Translations under genes and position numbers: made by a program
Part shown: positions 56,938-64,000 of the stretch, piece after piece
Position numbering within the stretch: position 1 is the stretch's first letter
How the letters are laid out: every line of letters starts with the position of its first letter
Notes under the pieces: model-generated
What the model was told of the DNA's origin: nothing
What the model saw: only the letters and a program-made list of their open reading frames with translations
Databases searched by the model: none
IMG/VR virus record: IMGVR_UViG_3300045988_111617
DNA length: 64,000 nt
Strand: one strand, 5' to 3'
Source: a virus

Positions 56938-59900
56938 CTATTCAAAATATCTTACTGCCAAATCATGGAACTCCATTCTTTCATTAGAAAGAGTTGGAGT
57001 CTTGGACAGTTTAAGATATATCCAAGGGTTTCTTATTCTATTCAATCCATAAGGATTATCAGGACCTTTCTTATCTCTTGGGATATCCATTCTCCATATT
57101 CTGAACTTCCTCCTTACATCAGGATATTTATCTCTTGCCTTAAAAGGATATAGAGGAGAAGTAGAGTCACCTACAGAAATCTTGTTTCCCTGATATTCAT
57201 TCCATACTTCAAGAGTATCAAAGGTATCTCCCGTAAGTTTTCCCTCACCAGGTATATAAGGATTATAATCTGGGTCACTCATATCAAACATGTCAGCTCT
57301 ATATTCAAGAGTACTGAATGTTTTGTCTCCATAAGGGTCAGGAGTAATTCTATATAACATATGATAGCCTTGTAAGCTTCCAAACAGATTATTGAACTCT
57401 CCTTTACCCTGTATCCACAATTTATTTACTCCCTTGTTATCCTCTCTGAATGCTACAAATTTATCCTGAACATTAACCATCATTGGAACTTCTCCATAGC
57501 TGAAGAATGATGTAAATTGATTAAGCATTTCATTATAGCACAGTACATCCTGCTGGGTCTCTTCACTCCCTCTAAGGAAGTAGACATCATCATTCCCCCT
57601 ATCCCAGTAAGCAACAAAGTTATTGAAGTCCACAGGATTCCATAAGTCAGTAGAATTGTTTCTTCCTATCCAATCCTTGAACCCCTTCTCATCAGAGAGA
57701 GATTTCACAGTTCCTGTGAACAGACTGAGTGAACTGTTGATATTATCTATGAAGTAGATACCATTCTTGGTTTCAACTATGGACCACTTGTTGATACATC
57801 CAGCCTTGTCAGTAATATACCTCTTTCCATCAACCTTACCTGAGTTGGCAATCTCAATAGGTACTCCTTGCTGAGTTCCAATCTGAGTTCTTGAATTAAA
57901 GAGTATCTCAGCAATACCTTTATCCTGGAATGCTATAAGTGAGTTCTGGAACCTTCTTATAGCTCTAAGTGGTCCTTTATCACCATCAAGAGTTTCAATT
58001 TCAGATAAAGTAATATTAGTCCAAATATCTATATCTTCTCCTGGAGTTTTTTCTTTAGTCCAAGTAAACTGAGTAGGATAAGAAGTAGTAGTATCAGTAC
58101 TATCAAGTACAACAGAAGTATTGAATGAATCCTGTCTGGTATAAGCTTTATTAATACTATTAAAGGTTTCTGTGTTTACAAGAGTATAATCAGAAGTAGA
58201 CATATTCTTATCAGTCTTTCCATTAAGATTGATTCTACTTTCAATCATTCCAGAAAAGATTTCAATAATACTGTTGTCTTTACCTTTTGTGTATGGTATA
58301 GTTTTAAGGACATCATATCTCTGATAATAAGAGTCACCTTCTACTCCATAAAGAATATTAGATTTAGTAATGTCAGTAACAGCACCACAATCTACAAAAG
58401 TATTCTTCTTTAAAGCATCTTCTCTTGTTCCTCCATATCTATAATCATCTTCAGAATAATCTTTAATATCTCTATAAAGTTCTCCTACAAAGAGTAAAGA
58501 AGTATCAAAAGTATCTGTATCTATTTTACCTGAATTATAAGTATCTAGAGGAATGGATAAATTGTCTGGTTTTATTGTAATATTATTTAAAAGTACCTCA
58601 TTCAAAGTATTTATTTCTCTAGTATATTTATAAGACGTTCCTTTATAATCTTTTAAGTATACAACTTCAAGTTCAGGATTTAATCCAATATTTGTTTTTA
58701 TACTTACTCCTTTATTTATATCATCGACAGTTAAAGTTTCAGTAGTATTAAGCTTAAATATTGGAGATTGAACTGCTCTATTAGAAGAGTATCCTATATA
58801 CAATGGGCTATAAGTAGCATCTATTTTGAAAGAATACTTGTCAGAATCTGCTTTTGTAATTGTTATAGTATTACCTATCTCAACAGTTTTTTCACTAATA
58901 CCTTCTGAATTTATATACAATAAATCATAAAGACCTGATTCACTTCCTGGGGTAATACTTAAGGTATATTTAGTAGTAACACCTCCTTCTATTACAGGAG
59001 TCACTGTTACTGTAAAACCAGGATAAACATTCTTTTTGTATTCTACATCTTCTCCTAGATAAGTAACAGCATTACCTGATATCTCTTTGATAAAAGCAAT
59101 AGCTAATTTATTTGAATAAGCATTCTTAGCATTTTTAAAATCCTTATCAAAGGAATTATAAGCATCTACTGTGGAAGTATTATCAAGTTCTATTATATAA
59201 ACAGAGCCAGAATTCAGCAATCTATCTGGAGTATAATAAGGATAATCTCCAGTTATAAGAGTATCATTCATTGGTAATTCATCAACATAAGTTTCCCAAG
59301 GAAGATAATAATTAGATAAATTAATATTTAGAGTATCTGCATTTACTGAAGGCAATATAATTGTTTCATCTCCTACAGGATTAAAAGACAGAATACAGTT
59401 CTTTTTACTCTTTGCTGCTACATTTACAGGAGCTGTAGAGTCTGTAACAACAGCTTCCCAGTTAGCAGTATCTGATAAAAAGTCTAATCCTTCTGTATAT
59501 TGCTTATCTCCAGTAGTATACTCTTTATATTTTTCTGAAGATTTATCATCAGAACTAACACTCAAAACAAAGTCATAATTATTATAGTAAAGCCTTTCAT
59601 CCCTGATATTTAGAAATACATTGTCTATAGATTCATCAGCTATATTTATATTACTGATTCCTCCTTTAGGCTCCCAAGCCATCTTCATATAATAATTATA
59701 ATCTCCAGTATTAGTTATATCTAAATCTGTTCTATATTTATTGAGCCAGCAATAATTAGTAAATAAACTATATTTAAGATTAGCAAGTATTTTATCTTTA
59801 ACTACATATTCCTCAATATCATTTTTCTTATATAGAGCACCTGTTTTATGCCAAGGATATATTATATAAGGAGCTACCACAGAACTGCTGTCTTTTTTTA

Positions 59901-62676
59901 TAGCATCTCCACTAAAAAATGGTAAAGTAGGAGCCTGTTCTGGATATTGAGAAATATTCTCTTTATTCAAATTATCTGGCAAGAAACTACTTTCAGAGTT
60001 GTCTTTTTCAGGATTCATGTAGAAACCAGTAGTTCCTGCTGTAAGTGGAGAATAACCTATAATTCTAAATTTAAAATCATCTGGAAGAGTCTGATACTCA
60101 CCAAACTCAATATCTGGAGAATTAAGAGTTACTATAGACTCATCTATATAGAACCTATTACCTAAAGTCTTGCTATATAAAAGTCCATTATTTGCTAATA
60201 CTCCTCCTACTTTTATTTTTCTTCTTTGCAGAGGAGCAGAGGTTCTTTTGTGATAGGCGGCCTTTCCTGCATTTTTCCAATCTGCATAAAGAGCAGTTTT
60301 CATCTCCTCTGTGGGTTTAGAAGGGAAATATCTAGCATATTTTGGATAATGAGCTAATAACCTTGGATATAAATCTTTCGTATAAGACCTACTAAATTCT
60401 TGCCATACTTTGTTAAATCCTGCTGCTGCATAAGCTTCTCTCCATTTAGAACTAATATTTATAGTTGCTTCTGAAATTAATCCAACATTATCATATACCT
60501 CTTCTTTTCCTTCATTATTAAAAAACTCCAGTATTGCTTGAGCTTCTGCTCCTGTTACACCATAAAATCCTCCTTTATTGTCTTTATAATAAGCCTTGAC
60601 AGTCCACCTAACCCAAACCTGTCTTCTATCTAAAGCTATATCATTCAGAGTAAAATAAGGAGGCTTAGTTATTTCTTTGCCCTGCTCATCATATTCTCCA
60701 TTGACATTCTGTATTTCTGCTGAAATACTTTTGTTTGCTGGTATTTGTGAGAAATGAGTATTTGTAATAACATTGCTATTCTTAGGTCTAAAAAACCAAG
60801 AAGACATTGCATAAGGAGAATTCAATACTCTTTGAGTTGCATTGAATACAGTAGGATTAACAAAACCTTGAGCTATGACAGACCTATCAGATTCAGCCAT
60901 AATTGCCCTTACTAAAATAGCCCTTTTATAAGGGGTATTTTTAGAAATATAAGAAGCTACTTCTTGGGGTATTGTACATTTAGCTATTGCCTTATATGTT
61001 CTGATAGAATTTGATTTTGGATATAAAGTATTAACCTTATCTCCTATCCAATATACTGAACTTCTCCTTCCTGTACTTGTCAAGAAAACTAGTCCAAATC
61101 TATATTTCTCCCCACCCTTAAAGAACAGATATTTATTAGAACCTAAATTAAGTTGCTGGTCTTCATAATATACGGTTCCCAAACTGTTATTCTGAAATAC
61201 ATACTTATCAGAATATTCAAATTCAACCATAGAACTTTCTCCAGTAAAATCTCCGCTTGGAGTCTTTCCTATAGTATTATCTATAAGAGCTTTAAGTTCT
61301 GCATCAACTGAATCTGTTTGAAGCTCTATATTACCTAAGAATAAAGTATTATCTTTTTGAGCAAGAGTCTCTGCATGAATCTCTGTTCCTCCTATATAAA
61401 GGAGAGTAGTTGGGTCTATTGATATAGTATAAGAACCTGTATCTACATAAGAAACTTCATCTGTAATAGGTAGAGTAGCTACTTTATTACAAGACAAATT
61501 AGTTGTAGTAATAACAGAATAAATGTTTATATTATCAAATCTCTTGTCTAAGCCTCTTAGGTCTATTTTAAAAGCACAAGAAGCTGTAGAATCAGCTGAA
61601 GTTGCTCTTTCTTGGTCACTGAGATTGTATATATTACTTTTACCAACTATATTAGTTTCCTGTCCAAAATCATTTGAATAGGTGAAGAAGTATTGTATAG
61701 TCCCGCTACTAAATGAAGAAGTACCTAAAAATGTTTTTGTTATTTCAATATCAAGGTCAGGACTAAACTCTGTAACAAAATCAAACTGACTTGGATTATC
61801 ACTGCTATAGTCAAGTTTCTTTATATTGATAAATCTTGGTTGATTTATTCCATCTACCCAGTAAACTTTTTGTACAGCTTCTGTTTCATAATTGGCAAGA
61901 GTTTCTATTGGATGTTTAGAATCAAATCCTAAGTTTCCATCAAACAGTGATAAACTTCTCCAATTCTCCTCATCAATATACTCTATTCTATAGATATGGT
62001 CTATCTTAGTATCCTCTTCATGAGTAAATAGAACCATATAATTATTTAATACACTATGCCCTATTAAAGTTCCCTTTAAGGTTATTGGAGTTTCTGTTGG
62101 AGAATCCTCACTCTCATATAAAAATTTTCCATCATCATAATCATGATAAACAATATTTATAGGATGATACGTATGATTCTCCAATATATATCCTAACTCT
62201 GCCTTTAAATACTCTACTTCTGAAATAGGACTAGTTAAGGTGTTCCCTTCTTTAAATACCCATTTTCTAGAGTTATAAGTATATACCATACTTCCTGTTT
62301 CTCCAGATTTGAGTTTCCAAAGAAGAGTTAGTGAATTAGCATAACTCTCAATTTTAGAATCAACTTCAAAATCTCCATCAGCATAATAATCTATTATGTA
62401 AGCAGTACTTTTAGTAAAAGGCTGCCCCTTAAGCTCTATTTCTTTATTACCTCTTTCATTTGTAACAGAAAGGAGGGTATCATGGTCTCTGGCTATTATT
62501 CTGACATTGAAGTTCTCATAAGCAAATTCATTGTTTACTTTACTTATTGAGAGGTCTCTTGTCATTCCTCTATTTTGAAATGATGCAATCTTCTGTTCCA
62601 TATTACTTATATCTCCATATAAATCCTCCACAAGAATGCTGCCTTCCTTTACAACACTTTGTAATATCTCCAGCAC
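56938..62676 (-). CDS. giant structural protein (tail/tail-fibre candidate, 1912 aa)
   Basis: Uninterrupted ORF; the true start is probably the internal Met at 62601 (MEQKIASF), which removes the 74-nt overlap with the GIY-YIG gene. Confidence 0.55.
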   Translation of the reverse strand: MLEILQSVVKEGSILVEDLYGDISNMEQKIASFQNRGMTRDLSISKVNNEFAYENFNVRIIARDHDTLLSVTNERGNKEIELKGQPFTKSTAYIIDYYADGDFEVDSKIESYANSLTLLWKLKSGETGSMVYTYNSRKWVFKEGNTLTSPISEVEYLKAELGYILENHTYHPINIVYHDYDDGKFLYESEDSPTETPITLKGTLIGHSVLNNYMVLFTHEEDTKIDHIYRIEYIDEENWRSLSLFDGNLGFDSKHPIETLANYETEAVQKVYWVDGINQPRFINIKKLDYSSDNPSQFDFVTEFSPDLDIEITKTFLGTSSFSSGTIQYFFTYSNDFGQETNIVGKSNIYNLSDQERATSADSTASCAFKIDLRGLDKRFDNINIYSVITTTNLSCNKVATLPITDEVSYVDTGSYTISIDPTTLLYIGGTEIHAETLAQKDNTLFLGNIELQTDSVDAELKALIDNTIGKTPSGDFTGESSMVEFEYSDKYVFQNNSLGTVYYEDQQLNLGSNKYLFFKGGEKYRFGLVFLTSTGRRSSVYWIGDKVNTLYPKSNSIRTYKAIAKCTIPQEVASYISKNTPYKRAILVRAIMAESDRSVIAQGFVNPTVFNATQRVLNSPYAMSSWFFRPKNSNVITNTHFSQIPANKSISAEIQNVNGEYDEQGKEITKPPYFTLNDIALDRRQVWVRWTVKAYYKDNKGGFYGVTGAEAQAILEFFNNEGKEEVYDNVGLISEATINISSKWREAYAAAGFNKVWQEFSRSYTKDLYPRLLAHYPKYARYFPSKPTEEMKTALYADWKNAGKAAYHKRTSAPLQRRKIKVGGVLANNGLLYSKTLGNRFYIDESIVTLNSPDIEFGEYQTLPDDFKFRIIGYSPLTAGTTGFYMNPEKDNSESSFLPDNLNKENISQYPEQAPTLPFFSGDAIKKDSSSVVAPYIIYPWHKTGALYKKNDIEEYVVKDKILANLKYSLFTNYCWLNKYRTDLDITNTGDYNYYMKMAWEPKGGISNINIADESIDNVFLNIRDERLYYNNYDFVLSVSSDDKSSEKYKEYTTGDKQYTEGLDFLSDTANWEAVVTDSTAPVNVAAKSKKNCILSFNPVGDETIILPSVNADTLNINLSNYYLPWETYVDELPMNDTLITGDYPYYTPDRLLNSGSVYIIELDNTSTVDAYNSFDKDFKNAKNAYSNKLAIAFIKEISGNAVTYLGEDVEYKKNVYPGFTVTVTPVIEGGVTTKYTLSITPGSESGLYDLLYINSEGISEKTVEIGNTITITKADSDKYSFKIDATYSPLYIGYSSNRAVQSPIFKLNTTETLTVDDINKGVSIKTNIGLNPELEVVYLKDYKGTSYKYTREINTLNEVLLNNITIKPDNLSIPLDTYNSGKIDTDTFDTSLLFVGELYRDIKDYSEDDYRYGGTREDALKKNTFVDCGAVTDITKSNILYGVEGDSYYQRYDVLKTIPYTKGKDNSIIEIFSGMIESRINLNGKTDKNMSTSDYTLVNTETFNSINKAYTRQDSFNTSVVLDSTDTTTSYPTQFTWTKEKTPGEDIDIWTNITLSEIETLDGDKGPLRAIRRFQNSLIAFQDKGIAEILFNSRTQIGTQQGVPIEIANSGKVDGKRYITDKAGCINKWSIVETKNGIYFIDNINSSLSLFTGTVKSLSDEKGFKDWIGRNNSTDLWNPVDFNNFVAYWDRGNDDVYFLRGSEETQQDVLCYNEMLNQFTSFFSYGEVPMMVNVQDKFVAFREDNKGVNKLWIQGKGEFNNLFGSLQGYHMLYRITPDPYGDKTFSTLEYRADMFDMSDPDYNPYIPGEGKLTGDTFDTLEVWNEYQGNKISVGDSTSPLYPFKARDKYPDVRRKFRIWRMDIPRDKKGPDNPYGLNRIRNPWIYLKLSKTPTLSNERMEFHDLAVRYFE

Positions 62677-63211
62677 ACAGATTATTTATAGCAGCTGCCT
62701 CTCTTATAGACTTATACTCTGCCATAAAATCTCCAATTTTTGAAAACTGAAGAACAGCTTTACTACATTTTATCTTGGCTGCTTCTGCACCATGTAATAT
62801 CTGTTCTTTTGGAAATATCCTTCCTTTAAGAGAACTTGCTATTTTACTTCTCCACTCTTTAGATAAAGTTCTTCCCTTCCTTTGTTTAGACCATATCTTC
62901 TTTGTTTCCTCTGATGGTTTGTATCCCAAATATCCATCCCCACCATCTGAAAGGTTGTAAGAAATACCTAAACTTTTATAGTGTCTTATAAGGTCTATCT
63001 CCAGAGACTTAGCTGTAAATTCATCTAATCCAGTAAATAGAACTTCATGCTTTATGTTATTCCATCCATACTTTAGTATGGCATTAAAGAAATAAGTATG
63101 TCTTTTGTATCCTTTCCCATTGTACCATCTCTTTTCAGGAATTTGAGTAGTGATTCCTATATAAACTTTTCCTGATGGAGATGTATGTCTATATAAACTG
63201 TATGACTTCAT
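62603..63211 (-). CDS. GIY-YIG homing endonuclease
   Basis: YSLYRHTSPSGKVYIGIT GIY-YIG motif; inserted between structural genes. Confidence 0.65.
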   Translation of the reverse strand: MKSYSLYRHTSPSGKVYIGITTQIPEKRWYNGKGYKRHTYFFNAILKYGWNNIKHEVLFTGLDEFTAKSLEIDLIRHYKSLGISYNLSDGGDGYLGYKPSEETKKIWSKQRKGRTLSKEWRSKIASSLKGRIFPKEQILHGAEAAKIKCSKAVLQFSKIGDFMAEYKSIREAAAINNLCAGDITKCCKGRQHSCGGFIWRYK

Positions 63212-63933
63212 GACTGTACAGTTAAATATTCTTTAGACCCAGAATTTATAAATCCTTTTGAATGTTCATTAGCCCTTGCTATTAAAGCTGTCCACAGATT
63301 AGTAAGAGATTCCATCTGGTCAATAGATGGCATTATCATATCAGTCTGACACTGGCCAACATAAAATGCATATTCCTGCTGGGCATTCTGTAGAATGGCA
63401 GGCTGTAGTTTTCCTAAATCAAACAGTATAGTGAACTGCTGTTTCTTGATATAGGCTTCAAGGGCTCTAAGGAAGGAAGGATTGTCAGGTAATAAAGGAT
63501 AACCTTCATCATCAGTTGCTATGGCATTATAGGCTATCTCTATATCTGTATCCTTAGTTGAGGTATATATAACACTTCCTTGAATCTTATATGTAAGGTC
63601 AGTCCCATATCTTCCTACATCAGGCTTCTCATTGCTCATATGAAATGAGTCAGTAGAATACCTATAGGATATATGAGACCTATGGTCAGGTTCTATGCCA
63701 TCAACTTTCTTGGCTGTCCTTACCTGTATCATAGATACATAATCACAAGGCAGCATACATCTGTAATTCTCTACATGAAGTAAAGCAGTCTTCTCTTCAA
63801 AGAGAGAAGGAACTCCTACTATCTGTAAGAAATCTACAGTGTAATCAAGAATAGTTTCAAAGGGCACATCTCTGAGAAGAGGATGTCTCATTATTCTGTC
63901 AGCAACCCTTCTTATGTTAGTTGTCTTCTCCAT
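63208..63933 (-). CDS. hypothetical structural-module protein (241 aa)
   Basis: ORF at the window edge; no motif recognised. Confidence 0.45.
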   Translation of the reverse strand: MEKTTNIRRVADRIMRHPLLRDVPFETILDYTVDFLQIVGVPSLFEEKTALLHVENYRCMLPCDYVSMIQVRTAKKVDGIEPDHRSHISYRYSTDSFHMSNEKPDVGRYGTDLTYKIQGSVIYTSTKDTDIEIAYNAIATDDEGYPLLPDNPSFLRALEAYIKKQQFTILFDLGKLQPAILQNAQQEYAFYVGQCQTDMIMPSIDQMESLTNLWTALIARANEHSKGFINSGSKEYLTVQS

Positions 63934-64000
63934 GCCTAATTCTATATAACATAAGGGAATCTATTTCCCCGTTTTTTATTTTATGCTTAAGTCCTTTCTT

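Noticed and set aside
62603-62676. 74-nt overlap between the GIY-YIG gene and the 1912-aa ORF, as possible coupled translation
   Set aside because: An in-frame internal ATG at 62601 (MEQKIASF) gives a conventional start immediately after the HEG stop.
1-64000. Genome-wide TGA reassignment (e.g. code 25 UGA=Gly or code 4 UGA=Trp), suggested by the ligase KID-TGA-TN site
   Set aside because: TGA terminates many confident genes (184-666, 8962-10263, 22624-23670, nrdD) and the giant ORFs contain no internal TGA. Only a site-specific event or a pseudogene is tenable.
1-64000. CRISPR array or integrase/lysogeny module
   Set aside because: No spacer-repeat periodicity and no tyrosine or serine recombinase-like ORF seen. 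The direct repeats present are explained by HEG or intron insertions.

Overview
The window reads as a segment of a lytic, AT-rich (about 33% GC) phage genome with a crAss-like layout. This call rests on gene order and motifs only, not on any database search.

Layout:
- 1-34.8 kb, + strand: a dense replication and nucleotide-metabolism module.
- 35.0-46.3 kb, + strand: two giant ORFs (2411 and 1352 aa). The first carries an RNAP-like DFDVD metal-binding motif.
- 46.4-63.9 kb, - strand: a convergently transcribed block of giant structural or ejection proteins (2083, 682, 726, 1912, 241 aa).
- A bidirectional terminator at 46343-46379 separates the two blocks.

Notable features:
- An adjacent JAB/MPN+ (JAMM) metalloprotease and E1-like (ThiF) adenylyltransferase pair, with a candidate beta-grasp protein upstream, sits inside the replication module.
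- Two homologous group-I-intron-like insertions each carry a homing endonuclease. One (HNH) splits an SPFH gene; the other (GIY-YIG) splits a DnaB-like helicase at its Walker A motif.
- The window holds 7 homing endonuclease genes (4 HNH, 3 GIY-YIG). Several show flanking target-site duplications.
- An Rnl2-like RNA ligase is interrupted by an in-frame TGA at the catalytic KxDG glycine.
- A canonical-looking tRNA is interrupted by an insertion of about 60 nt. Next to it lie members of a small family of covarying stem-loop elements.
- An R-S-E ADP-ribosyltransferase-like domain sits at the C-terminus of the 2083-aa virion protein.
- A HicA toxin and a secreted retropepsin-like protease are also present.

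No integrase or CRISPR array was found.
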